From contig PKDU01000017.1 of NCBI GenBank assembly GCA_002862705.1, positions 54,894 to 118,893 of the forward strand: 64,000 nt of DNA, written 5' to 3'. The position numbers and the translations under genes were made by a program. Shown one piece after another: positions 36,512 through 46,600 of the stretch. Every line of letters starts with the position of its first letter. Positions within the stretch are counted from its first letter, which is position 1. Origin of the DNA: Flavobacteriaceae bacterium. GTDB taxonomy: Bacteria; Bacteroidota; Bacteroidia; Flavobacteriales; Flavobacteriaceae. The notes beneath the pieces were generated by a model. That model saw only the letters and a list, made by a program, of their open reading frames with translations, ran no database searches and had not been told where the DNA came from.

Positions 36512-38381
36512 GTTTTTTAGTAAAATCAACATACCAATCAATCGCACTGGGATTTCTCAGGACATCTGATGAAATCACCGCCTCAGGCTTTTCTCCCATT
36601 AAAATTCTTTTGATTGGAATCTCGACCTTTTTTCCACTAATGGTATAGGGAATTTCGGGAGTCGTATAAATTGCATCGGGCACATGCCTCGGCGAACAGC
36701 TTTTTCGGATGTGTTGCTTTATGACAGCATTAGCTACAGCTTCATCTGCTTGAATAAATAGCAGCAATTGATCCCGTTGCTCATGTTGCAGGTGCACTAC
36801 CAAGGCATCCTCAACAGCTTCGAGTTGCGACAGCGCAGTATACAACTCAGAAGTGCCGATACGCACGCCCGAACGATTGAGCGTTGCATCAGAACGACCG
36901 TAGATAATTACACCGTTGGTTGCGGTAATGGCAGCCCAATCGCCGTGATGCCAGACGGATTCAAATTTGGAAAAATAACTGGAAGCATACCGTTTATATT
37001 CGGGGTCATTGACCAAATAAATCGGCATTGATAAAAACGCTTGGGTAAGCACCAACTCACCAGCTGTTTGGACAACCTCCTTAGCGTCATTGTCCCAAAC
37101 GCTTATGGCAGCGCCGAGCATCTTGCATTGTATTTCGCCGGGGATTACGGGTAGGTCGGGATGACCCCCTACAAATGCCGTACATACGTCTGTACCACCA
37201 CTGAGCGAAATTACCTGTGCTGAAGGAAAAAGCGCTTGCAATTCCCTGCATACAGCTGCCGACATGGGAGACCCTGTAGAACCAATTGTTTTTAAGAAAG
37301 AAAAGTCGTTTTGGGTGATAAATGGGCTTGGAGAAGCGGCTTGCTGCTGATAATAAACCGCCCCACCACCAAAGTGATTGATACTGGCCTTGTGTGCAAA
37401 CTGCCACAAACGGTCGGCGATAGGAAAGGTCGGCGCACCTGAATACAAACAAAGTGTTGCACCGCACAGCAAACTACCTAATGCGTAATTCCACATCATC
37501 CAACCGGCAGTGGAATACCAAAAATACCGCTCCCCTTTCCTCACATCTTGGTGTAAGGCCAAGGCCTTGAGGTGCTCCAATACCATATGGCCCGTGCCGT
37601 GAACAATGGCCTTGGGCTTTCCCGTCGTGCCAGAAGAGAACAAAACCCAGATGGGGTCTGAAAAAGAAACCGGTTCAATATGTATTTGATTTATGGCTAC
37701 GGGGGCATCGTCAAAACTTAGATGATCATCGAGCAATAAGGTGTTTTGAATAGCACCTATGGAATCGCTAATGGTCTTGATTTTTGTGCTGATATCATAG
37801 ACTTTCCCGCCATAGGCATATTGCTGATGCGCAAATAGCACTTTGGGAGACAACTGGGCAAAGCGTTCACAAACGGCGTCGGTACCAAAGTCGGGAGAAC
37901 AAGAGGACCAAACCGCACCCAAGGCATTGGTAGCCAAAAAGGCAGCAACCGTTTCTGGGCTGTTGATACCATAGCATACCACAACATCGCCTTTGACAAC
38001 ACCAAGCGTTTTTAGCTGCTGCTGTAGGGTGTGGGTTTTGGCAATAAGTTGTTGCCAACTGATTTCAACCACCTCAGAAGTCTCGTTTTGGTAGATTATC
38101 GCAGGCTGCGCGGGCGTAGCATTGCGAAACACATGATGGGCATAGCTCAGTTGTGCGCCCGTGAACCACTTGGTTTTCCAAAAAGGGGTTGCTGGAACAT
38201 AAACCTCCTCGTAAGGGGTGTCAAAATCTACCTTAAAAAATTGGGTGATGCTTTCCCAAAAGGCCGCCTGGTTATCAACACTCCATTGGTGAAGGGCATC
38301 GTAATCCTTAAAAGCAAGCGATTTTGTATCCGCTAAAAAAGAGATGTATTCATGAAGCCGTGAAGTGGTTTTGGACTGCAT
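36504..38381 (-). CDS. acetoacetate--CoA ligase (acetoacetyl-CoA synthetase)
   Basis: AMP-binding FSSGTTGKPKAIVH and an N-terminal LHEYISFL...ALHQWSVDNQAAFWESI pattern. ATG 38381 is preferred over TTG 38396. Confidence 0.85.
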   Translation of the reverse strand: MQSKTTSRLHEYISFLADTKSLAFKDYDALHQWSVDNQAAFWESITQFFKVDFDTPYEEVYVPATPFWKTKWFTGAQLSYAHHVFRNATPAQPAIIYQNETSEVVEISWQQLIAKTHTLQQQLKTLGVVKGDVVVCYGINSPETVAAFLATNALGAVWSSCSPDFGTDAVCERFAQLSPKVLFAHQQYAYGGKVYDISTKIKTISDSIGAIQNTLLLDDHLSFDDAPVAINQIHIEPVSFSDPIWVLFSSGTTGKPKAIVHGTGHMVLEHLKALALHQDVRKGERYFWYSTAGWMMWNYALGSLLCGATLCLYSGAPTFPIADRLWQFAHKASINHFGGGAVYYQQQAASPSPFITQNDFSFLKTIGSTGSPMSAAVCRELQALFPSAQVISLSGGTDVCTAFVGGHPDLPVIPGEIQCKMLGAAISVWDNDAKEVVQTAGELVLTQAFLSMPIYLVNDPEYKRYASSYFSKFESVWHHGDWAAITATNGVIIYGRSDATLNRSGVRIGTSELYTALSQLEAVEDALVVHLQHEQRDQLLLFIQADEAVANAVIKQHIRKSCSPRHVPDAIYTTPEIPYTISGKKVEIPIKRILMGEKPEAVISSDVLRNPSAIDWYVDFTKKLR

Positions 38382-38491
38382 AGCAACAATATACAACCTT
38401 ATGGAGAAATGGAAGCTCTGGGTGCTACTTTCGACGAAAACAAGGTGATTTCTTGTGCGTACTTTAAGACGGTGTTTTTATTGAATAATGG

Positions 38492-40336
38492 CTATTCCAC
38501 CGTGACAGACTTCGCCAAATTTCTAGGTTGATCAACGTTACAACCGCGCATGATGGCGATATGATAGGATAGCAATTGTAACGGAACAGAGGCCAATATG
38601 GGCACTAAAGCTTCTGTAACTTCGGGAATTTCAATCACGTGATCAGAAAGCAGTTTAACACTCTCATCGCCTTTAGTAACGATTGAAATGATCTTGGCAT
38701 TTCGCGATTTTATCTCTTGCACATTACTAACAATCTTCTCGTAATGTCCCTTATTGGTTGCGATAACCACCACGGGCATGTTTTTGTCAATTAGGGCAAT
38801 GGGGCCATGCTTCATCTCTGCTGCGGGATAGCCTTCGGCGTGGATGTAAGAAATCTCTTTAAGCTTTAATGCGCCTTCAAGCGCAGCGGGAAAATTATAC
38901 CCCCTACCCAAATACAAAAAGTTTGAAGCGTCTTTGTATTCACGAGCAATTTTTTCAATTTGTTTGTCGTAAGCCAACACACTCTCTATCAATTTTGGAA
39001 GTGCAGCTAATTGTTTGGCAACACGATCAAAATCAGCATTATCAATGGTTCCTTTAAGCTGTCCTAAGCGCAGCCCCATCATGATAATTACGGTAAGCTG
39101 CGTGGTAAACGCCTTGGTAGACGCCACACCTATTTCAGGACCAGCGTGTGTGTAAGCACCTCCGTCAGCAGCCCTAGCAATAGAAGAACCTACCACATTA
39201 CAAATACCAAATACAAAAGCGCCATTTTCTTTGGCAAGCTTGATGGCCGCAAGGGTATCGGCAGTTTCACCAGATTGGGAAATAGCAATAACAATATCTC
39301 CTTTATTGATCACAGGATTGCGATAACGGAATTCAGAAGCGTACTCCACCTCAACAGGAATACGTGCTGCATCTTCAAACAGGTATTCTGCTACCAGACC
39401 CGCGTGCCATGACGTTCCGCAAGCGATTATGGTAATGCGCGATGCATTTTTAAATATTTCTTTGTTGTGTTCTATGCCAGAAATATTGATTCGCCGCTGA
39501 TCCACCAACAGCCGCCCTCTAAAAGTATCGTTTATAGCGTGGGGTTGTTCGTGAATTTCTTTAAGCATAAAATAATCAAAACCGCCCTTTTCAATGGTTT
39601 CTAGCGATAGCTGAATGTCTTGGATTATGGGCGTGATAACTTTATCGTTTATGATAGAATACATCTTAAAACCTTGCTCCCTAGAAATAACTGCCATTTC
39701 GTTGTCGTCCAAATATATGGTGCGTTTGGTGTACTCAATAAAAGGCGAAGCGTCGGAGGCAATAAAATATTCATCCTTACCTATTCCTATGGCCAATGGA
39801 CTACCCAATTTGGCAACCACTACTTCCCCTGGGCGATCTGCATCAATGACTGCAATAGCATAGGCACCCACTACTTGAGTTAGTGCAATTTGAACTGCCT
39901 TGCCAACCTTTAGGTTTTGGGACGTCTTGATGAACTCGATAAGATTTACAAGTACTTCAGTATCGGTATCCGATATAAAGTGGAAACCGTTGTCTGACAA
40001 CATTTTCTTTAACGCGGCGTAATTTTCAATAATACCGTTGTGAACAATGGCTATTTTTCCTGAGTTGGAAAGGTGTGGGTGGGAATTTAAATCTGATGGA
40101 ATTCCGTGCGTGGCCCAGCGTGTGTGGCCCATTCCAAGGGTTTTACCCTTGTTGTCATGGGAAGCAGCAGTCTGCTCTAAGTCTGAAACCTTTCCCTTTG
40201 TTTTAACGACTGTACTGGAGTCGTCAAAAAGCGTAATACCAGCACTGTCATACCCTCTATATTCAAGGCGCTTTAAACCCTTGATGATGATGGGGTATGC
40301 ATCACGATAACCAATATATCCTACAATTCCACACAT
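38492..40336 (-). CDS. glmS: glutamine--fructose-6-phosphate aminotransferase
   Basis: 614 aa. MCGIVGYIG Ntn-Cys start, two SIS domains, C-terminal KSVTVE. Confidence 0.97.
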   Translation of the reverse strand: MCGIVGYIGYRDAYPIIIKGLKRLEYRGYDSAGITLFDDSSTVVKTKGKVSDLEQTAASHDNKGKTLGMGHTRWATHGIPSDLNSHPHLSNSGKIAIVHNGIIENYAALKKMLSDNGFHFISDTDTEVLVNLIEFIKTSQNLKVGKAVQIALTQVVGAYAIAVIDADRPGEVVVAKLGSPLAIGIGKDEYFIASDASPFIEYTKRTIYLDDNEMAVISREQGFKMYSIINDKVITPIIQDIQLSLETIEKGGFDYFMLKEIHEQPHAINDTFRGRLLVDQRRINISGIEHNKEIFKNASRITIIACGTSWHAGLVAEYLFEDAARIPVEVEYASEFRYRNPVINKGDIVIAISQSGETADTLAAIKLAKENGAFVFGICNVVGSSIARAADGGAYTHAGPEIGVASTKAFTTQLTVIIMMGLRLGQLKGTIDNADFDRVAKQLAALPKLIESVLAYDKQIEKIAREYKDASNFLYLGRGYNFPAALEGALKLKEISYIHAEGYPAAEMKHGPIALIDKNMPVVVIATNKGHYEKIVSNVQEIKSRNAKIISIVTKGDESVKLLSDHVIEIPEVTEALVPILASVPLQLLSYHIAIMRGCNVDQPRNLAKSVTVE

Positions 40337-40370
40337 ATACCTCTTGCTTAATTATAAAACTAAACTGTTG

Positions 40371-40378
40371 CAAAGATA
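40371..40378 (-). promoter_or_regulatory. candidate -7 box TATCTTTG (glmS)
   Basis: Matches TAnnTTTG on the minus strand, 34 nt upstream of the ATG at 40336. Confidence 0.35.
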
Positions 40379-40449
40379 TTGTAAATATTAAGAGATAAAA
40401 GGGTAGGCGTGGAATTTAACTCCATTAGGGACTCGCCTAAATACAATCC

Positions 40450-40513
40450 TTTAAAAACAAAAAATCCCAATACTTTGCATTAGGATTGTGATTGATGTGG
40501 GCGCTGAGGGATT
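40450..40513 (-). repeat. 64-bp direct repeat, copy A: last 16 nt of tRNA-Val plus spacer and terminator hairpin
   Basis: 62/64 identical to 40609..40672 (offset 159; mismatches at 40453 and 40472). Confidence 0.9.
40454..40487 (-). terminator. duplicated terminator hairpin (copy A)
   Basis: On the minus strand, AAUCCUAAUGC-AAA-GUAUUGGGAUU followed by a U-run. Confidence 0.45.
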
Positions 40514-40608
40514 GATCTTCCCGTTTCGACCGCTCCTGCAAATACAACCCTTTGCACATTGTGCACATTTTTTGTTTTAAAAAAGTCTGAAATAAAACAT
40601 TCTTCCTT

Positions 40609-40672
40609 TTTGAAAACAAAAAATCCCAATGCTTTGCATTAGGATTGTGATTGATGTGGGCGCTGAGGGATT
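40609..40672 (-). repeat. 64-bp direct repeat, copy B (overlaps the 3' end of the intact tRNA-Val)
   Basis: See copy A. Confidence 0.9.
40613..40646 (-). terminator. intrinsic terminator of tRNA-Val
   Basis: On the minus strand, AAUCCUAAUGC-AAA-GCAUUGGGAUU (11 bp including 1 GU) followed by UUUUUUG. It starts 11 nt after the tRNA 3' end. Confidence 0.6.
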
Positions 40673-40731
40673 CGAACCCCCGACCCCCTCGGTGTAAACG
40701 AGGTGCTCTGAACCAACTGAGCTAAGCGCCC
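40657..40731 (-). tRNA. tRNA-Val (anticodon TAC)
   Basis: GGGCGCTTAGCTCAGTTGGTTCAGAGCACCTCGTTTACACCGAGGGGGTCGGGGGTTCGAATCCCTCAGCGCCCA. It has a 7-bp acceptor stem, GTTCGAATC T-loop and anticodon loop TT-TAC-AC. No encoded CCA. Confidence 0.93.
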
Positions 40732-40739
40732 GAGGGGTG

Positions 40740-40747
40740 CAAATATA
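40740..40747 (-). promoter_or_regulatory. candidate -7 box TATATTTG, 8 nt before the tRNA-Val 5' end
   Basis: Matches TAnnTTTG on the minus strand. Confidence 0.45.
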
Positions 40748-40787
40748 TAAAATAACAGGCGTACCAAACCACGTTCAATTTATTTTT

Positions 40788-41993
40788 TTAGGGTAGTATT
40801 TCTGAGACCACAAATAGGCTGCCTCCAATAAAAATAACATCCTCAGTTGACGCCTTATTTTGCGCTGCAGCATAAGCATGCTTAACACTTTCATAAGAAG
40901 TAAAACTGCGTTTATGATTACTAAAATGCAGCGAGAGACTGCGCACATCCATAGCTCTAGGAACTGCTGCCGCACACAAATAATAGGTGGCATCGGCAGG
41001 CAAAAGCGTTATTAAATCTCCCACATCCTTATCGCTAACCATACCAAAAACAACATGAAGGGCATCATACTGAAGCGAAGTGAGTTGCCTTAGGACCGCT
41101 TCCAATCCAGCTTTGTTATGCGCAACATCAGCTATTACTGTGGGTTTGGTTCCCAAGATTTCCCAACGGCCGCGAATACCTGTGTTTTTGCGTACCTGTT
41201 GCAAACCGTTGCGAATATGATCTTCTGAAACCCTAAAAGAAGGTAGCTTTTTAAGTAAGGAAACCACCCCATTGATGTTTTGTTGCTGATAGTTCCCTCG
41301 CAAATCGGTAGTGTAATTATATTGTTCTGCAACACACAACGGAGCGTCTAAGGACTTGGCTATGGCGTTAAAAACAGCAAAGGTTTCCATATCGTCGGTG
41401 CCTAGAACAACAGGCGTATTGGGTTTTATGATACCGCCCTTTTCTTTGGCGATGGCAGTTCTAGTTGTACCCAAAAACTGCTGATGATCTAGTGCTATAT
41501 TGGTGATAAGGCAGGCCGCTGGCGTGATGATGTTGGTAGCGTCTAAACGGCCGCCCAAACCGACCTCAATAACGGCTATATCTAGCTGTTGCTTCGCAAA
41601 ATAATCGAAAGCAAGACCAACGGTCATTTCAAAAAAAGAAAAGGCTTCTCGCTCAAAAAATGTGCGGTTTGAAACAACAAAATCAAGGATATAGTCTTGG
41701 TTAATGGGAACACCATTGATGCGGATGCGTTCGCTAAAGTCTTTTAGGTGGGGAGAGGTATACAAACCTACCTGATAACCTGCCTCTTGAAGTATGGATG
41801 CAAGCATGTGCGCAGAAGAGCCCTTACCATTGGTGCCTGCAATATGTATGCTTTTATATTTTTGATGGGGATTACCTAGGTGTGCAGCAAGCTCGGTTAT
41901 GCCATCTAAATTGGGGTTAAGCGCAGCTTTTCCCACCCGCTGATACATCGGCAGTTGTGCATATAGCCATTGCATAGCAGACGCATAATCCAC
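40788..41993 (-). CDS. folC: bifunctional folylpolyglutamate synthase/dihydrofolate synthase
   Basis: 401 aa. HIAGTNGKGS P-loop and Mur-ligase-like middle and C-terminal domains. Confidence 0.9.
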   Translation of the reverse strand: MDYASAMQWLYAQLPMYQRVGKAALNPNLDGITELAAHLGNPHQKYKSIHIAGTNGKGSSAHMLASILQEAGYQVGLYTSPHLKDFSERIRINGVPINQDYILDFVVSNRTFFEREAFSFFEMTVGLAFDYFAKQQLDIAVIEVGLGGRLDATNIITPAACLITNIALDHQQFLGTTRTAIAKEKGGIIKPNTPVVLGTDDMETFAVFNAIAKSLDAPLCVAEQYNYTTDLRGNYQQQNINGVVSLLKKLPSFRVSEDHIRNGLQQVRKNTGIRGRWEILGTKPTVIADVAHNKAGLEAVLRQLTSLQYDALHVVFGMVSDKDVGDLITLLPADATYYLCAAAVPRAMDVRSLSLHFSNHKRSFTSYESVKHAYAAAQNKASTEDVIFIGGSLFVVSEILP

Positions 41994-43321
41994 TAGGCAA
42001 GAATATAGTCACGCATCAGCATAAAAGTAAGATACCCGGACAAAAAGCCAACAAATGCGAGAATGGAAATCTTTTTAAAGTACCAGAAAAAGTTGATTTT
42101 TTCCATGCCCATGGCAACAACACCAGCGGCAGAACCAAACACCAACATACTGCCTCCAGTTCCTGCAGCAAAAGCAATGGCATGCCAAATCGGATCATCG
42201 GGTCCTTGAGAGAACATTCCCATACTGGCAGCTACTAGCGGCACATTGTCAATTACAGCAGAGATAACTCCAAAAAGCGAAACCACAATGTCCATATTTG
42301 GAATGGCTTGGGTGAGTTGGCCTGCAAAATTGAACAATAGCCCCAACGATTCTAAAGCACCCACGGCCATCAGTATTCCAAGGAAAAACAATATGCTGGG
42401 TAATTCAATTTTTGTCAAAGCCGCATGAACGGGACTGTGAATGGCGTGATCATCAGCTGTTTCATCAATATTTGACAGGGAGAACTTGGCACTACTATAC
42501 AGTTCAGCAAATGCAGATACGACGGCCAAAGACAACATCATACCTACATAAGGCGGCAGGTGGGTAATCTGCTTAAAAAAAGGAACAAACAAAATGGAGC
42601 CCAAACCTAAGTAAAGCATTCTAGATCCGAAAGGTGATTTTTTAATTTCACTTACCTCTTTATTGTTAATGGTTCCCCTAAATGCTTTGTATCGACTAGC
42701 AATAAGCGTAGGAACCACCATACAAACAACGGAGGGAATAAATAAGTATTTAATCAATTCTGGCGTAGTTACTTTTTTGCCAATCCACAGCATGGTGGTG
42801 GTAACATCTCCAATGGGAGACCAGGCACCACCAGCATTTGCAGCAACTATAATGAGTCCTGCAAACCAGAGACGTGTGTTGCGGTCTTGAATTACTTTTT
42901 GCAATATCGTAATCAGGACGATGGTTGCGGTAAGATTGTCAATAATAGCAGAGAGAATAAAAGCCAATATGGAAAATATCCAGAGCAGTCTGACCTTAAC
43001 ATGTGTTCGTATAAAGCCTTTAATGGTTGCGAAGCCGTCAAAATAATCTATGATTTCAACAATGGTCATGGCGCCCAGTAAAAAGACTAAAATTTCAGCG
43101 GTCTTACCTAAATGATGCAGTAAAATCTCTTCAATATGTGTTTCGTGCAAACTCCTGGTGACGGTATCTATGTCAAAAACAGGCAGGTGGGTTAGCGAAA
43201 TCAATGCCCATAAAATGGCCATCATGGCAAGTGCAGGTATGAGTTTATCAATCTTTAAATTATGCTCAAGAGTAATGGCCAAGTAGCCTAGAAAAAAAAC
43301 TACAAGTATTAGGGTTTCCAT
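41993..43321 (-). CDS. nhaD: NhaD-family Na+/H+ antiporter (ArsB/NhaD permease superfamily)
   Basis: 442 aa, about 11-12 TM. IDNLTATIV and AVIDNVPLVAA repeats are typical of NhaD. Confidence 0.7.
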   Translation of the reverse strand: METLILVVFFLGYLAITLEHNLKIDKLIPALAMMAILWALISLTHLPVFDIDTVTRSLHETHIEEILLHHLGKTAEILVFLLGAMTIVEIIDYFDGFATIKGFIRTHVKVRLLWIFSILAFILSAIIDNLTATIVLITILQKVIQDRNTRLWFAGLIIVAANAGGAWSPIGDVTTTMLWIGKKVTTPELIKYLFIPSVVCMVVPTLIASRYKAFRGTINNKEVSEIKKSPFGSRMLYLGLGSILFVPFFKQITHLPPYVGMMLSLAVVSAFAELYSSAKFSLSNIDETADDHAIHSPVHAALTKIELPSILFFLGILMAVGALESLGLLFNFAGQLTQAIPNMDIVVSLFGVISAVIDNVPLVAASMGMFSQGPDDPIWHAIAFAAGTGGSMLVFGSAAGVVAMGMEKINFFWYFKKISILAFVGFLSGYLTFMLMRDYILA

Positions 43322-43349
43322 ATTGTATTGTTTGGAATTAAGTCAAAAA

Positions 43350-43357
43350 CAAATATA
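43350..43357 (-). promoter_or_regulatory. candidate -7 box TATATTTG (nhaD-folC)
   Basis: Matches TAnnTTTG on the minus strand, 28 nt upstream of the ATG at 43321. Confidence 0.3.
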
Positions 43358-43672
43358 GCAATGAAAGTGAGCTTAAAAAACAATATGGCGAAGGAATTTT
43401 TGCTGATCAAAACCACTAAAAAATTATTTAAATTAATGTTTATTGATTTTAAACCCACAAGTAAATGGGGTATATTTGCCAAAAGGTTATTATATTAAAC
43501 AACAGACTCCATAAAAATAGGGAGTAAGAATAACATTTGATTTATATTCCAGTAATACTAATTTTAGTGTCTCTATTTTTGTGATTTCATAATTTTTAAG
43601 TTAAATTTTATGGATGTTGTATTACGCCTACATTTGCTCAGCTCGTGTTTACTAAAAACTAAAGCTAGCGGT

Positions 43673-43680
43673 TATATTTG
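43673..43680 (+). promoter_or_regulatory. candidate -7 box TATATTTG (gltBD)
   Basis: Matches TAnnTTTG, 14 nt upstream of the ATG at 43695. Further matches at 43471..43478 and 43629..43636 make the assignment ambiguous. Confidence 0.3.
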
Positions 43681-43694
43681 AGAAAAATTGTTTT

Positions 43695-46600
43695 ATGTTA
43701 CCCAACCCACAAGGTTTATACCACCCAGAAAACGAGCACGACAATTGTGGTGCTGGTTTTATTTGCAGTCTTAAGGGCAAAAGAACCAACGATATCATTC
43801 ACAAGGCATTAGATATCTTGGTCAAACTCGAACACCGCGGTGCGGTGAGCGCAGATGGTAAAACAGGGGATGGAGCAGGTATACTCATAGACATACCACA
43901 TGATTTCCTAACTGACGTGCTTTCGTTTAAACTCCCTGAGCCTCAGAAATATGCCCTTGGGATGGTGTTCCTTCCCCAGAAGTTGAACCAACGCACGCAT
44001 TGCATCGAAATTTTTGAGGAAGAATTGGCCCGTCAAGATTTGGCGATAATCGGATGGCGTGACGTACCTACCAACTATGACGTAATTGGTCGTATTGGCG
44101 CGCAGACATTACCAAACATCAAACAAGTATTTGTAAAAGATGCTACTGGCAAACTCACAGAAGACCAGCTCAACACCAAAGCTTACATTGCAAGAAAACG
44201 TGCAGAGCATCGCGTTTTTGGAAGCAAAATGTCGCAGAGCACCTACTTTTATTTGCCAAGCTTCTCAACCAGAACGGTTATCTACAAAGGCCTGCTGATG
44301 CCCGAGGATATTGAAGGTTTCTATTTAGACCTTAAAGATCCACGTGTTGTAACACGCTTGGCACTTGTACACCAACGCTTTTCTACCAACACCTTCCCTA
44401 CATGGGATTTGGCACAGCCCTTCCGCTATATGTGCCACAATGGTGAAATCAACACCTACCGCGGGAACGTCATGCGCATGAAGGCACGTGAAGAACTTTT
44501 CGCAAACGACTTTTTTGGAGATGATATGGCGCACATTACGCCTATTGTACTTCCCGGCAAGTCTGATTCCTCCTCTATGGACATGGTGGTTGAGTTGCTG
44601 CTTCACTCAGGACGCTCACTCCCAGAAGTGATGATGATGCTCGTTCCCGAAGCATGGGAAAAGCACCAGTCTATGGATCCTGCCAAAAAAGATTTTTACG
44701 CTTACAATGCCTGCATCATGGAGCCGTGGGACGGACCTGCGAGTGTGCCGTTTACAGATGGAAAATTTATCGGTGCACTGCTAGACCGAAACGGACTGCG
44801 CCCATCGCGATATACCGTGACCAAAGATGGTTATGTGGTCATGTCGTCTGAAACGGGCGTTATTGATATTGATCCCGCCAATGTTTCCCTTCACGGACGC
44901 CTAGAGCCTGGAAGAATGTTTTTGGTGGACATGGAAGAAGGACGCATCATTGAAGACCGTGAGGTAAAAGAAAAAATTGCTGCCAAACATCCATACGGAG
45001 ATTGGTTAAAAGAAAATTTGCTGCCACTCAAAGAGGTTCCGTACACAGGTAACAAAACGCCGGTTGAAGCTGAGCCTTTTATCAAAAGACTACAAGCCTT
45101 TGGTTATACAGAGGAAGACATCAAAACCCTAATCACGCCCATGAGCACCTTGGGCAAAGAAGCCATAGGCTCAATGGGAACGGATACGCCGCTGGCCGTG
45201 CTGTCGAGCAAACCTCAGTTGCTCTACAACTACTTCAAACAGTTGTTTGCTCAGGTAACCAACCCACCCCTTGACGGAATTCGTGAAGAAATTGTAACAG
45301 ACACCTCCATGTCTGTGGGAAGCGATGCGAATATTTTTGACGTCATCCCGGCGCACGCAAAAAAACTAAACATTCAAAACCCCATCATCTCTAACGAAGA
45401 CCTTGATAAAATCAAGTTTATTGAGCATGATGATTTTAAATCCAAATCGGTCAAAGCGCTATACGTTGCCAAGGAAGGAAATAACGGACTGGAACGCGCA
45501 CTCGAAGACCTGTTAAAAAGCGTTGTAAAAGAAGTTGAGGATGGTGCAAACATCATCATACTTTCTGACCGTGGCATCAACAAAGACATGGCGCCCATGC
45601 CCATGCTTTTAGCCTGTGCATTTGTGCACCACGGCGTGATGAAACACAACTTGCGTTCTAAGTTTGGCATCATCATCGAATCTGCCGAACCACGTGAGCC
45701 ACATCACTTTGCCTCCTTATTTGGCTATGGTGCAAGTGCCATCAACCCTTACATGGTTAATGAAATCATTGTCTACCAAGTAGAAAAAGGTGCCATCAAA
45801 GGACTATCTGCTGAAAATGCCATTGCCAACTTTAACAAAGCCATTGCAAAAGGGCTTGTTAAAATCATGAACAAGATTGGTATTTCCACACTACACTCCT
45901 ACAGAGGTGCACAGATATTTGAAGCGCTTGGACTGAGCAAGAAATTTGTCGATACCTATTTCTGTAATACGGCTACACGCATCGAGGGCATCGGACTAAA
46001 AGAAGTTGAGCAAGAAATTGCCAAGCGTCACGAATTTGCCTTTGGCCAAAAAGCAGCTGGTGAAGGGGTTGACCTTGAAATTGGCGGGAGCTATCGCTGG
46101 CGTCGTAATGGGGAAGCGCATATGCTGAACCCCGCCAGTATTGCCAAGCTTCAACTGGCCACAAAAAAAGGGAGCTATGACACCTTTGAGGAATATTCTA
46201 AACTAGTCAACGACCAAACCAAGCAACTGATGACCTTGCGTGGTATGTTTGAATTCACAGATTTAGATCCCATTCCTATTGAGGAAGTAGAGCCGTGGAC
46301 CAAAATCGTGAAACGTTTTAAAACAGGCGCCATGTCGTTAGGATCGATTAGTGAAGAAGCACACGAAAATTTGGCAAAAGCCATGAACCGTATTGGCGGA
46401 AAAAGTAATTCGGGAGAGGGTGGTGAAGACCCAAGACGTTTCACTCGTGACGAAGATGGCGAGTGGCGTAATTCTGCCATCAAGCAAGTTGCCTCTGGGC
46501 GATTTGGGGTTTCCTCGCACTACTTGACCAACGCACGTGAAATTCAAATTAAAATGGCGCAAGGCGCCAAGCCTGGAGAAGGCGGACAACTGCCTGGGCC

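Noticed and set aside
40337-40436. Possible glmS ribozyme or riboswitch upstream of glmS, including a TAGGCG-n24-CGCCTA inverted repeat at about 40405..40440.
   Set aside because: The leader after the candidate promoter is only about 30 nt, far too short for the glmS ribozyme, which is also not expected in this phylum. The inverted repeat lies upstream of the -7 box and is short.
40437-40619. 60-aa ORF (MFSKRKNVLFQ...) spanning the tRNA-Val repeat region.
   Set aside because: It reads through a terminator hairpin and a tRNA 3' fragment, has no recognisable family features and has low-complexity composition. It is most likely a chance ORF in AT-rich DNA.
43385-43498. 37-codon ORF (MAKEFLLIKTTKKLFKLMFIDFKPTSKWGIFAKRLLY) in the gltB upstream region.
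   Set aside because: It has no start-context support and an AT-driven Lys/Phe/Leu composition. It overlaps a candidate -7 box and there is no evidence of coding constraint.
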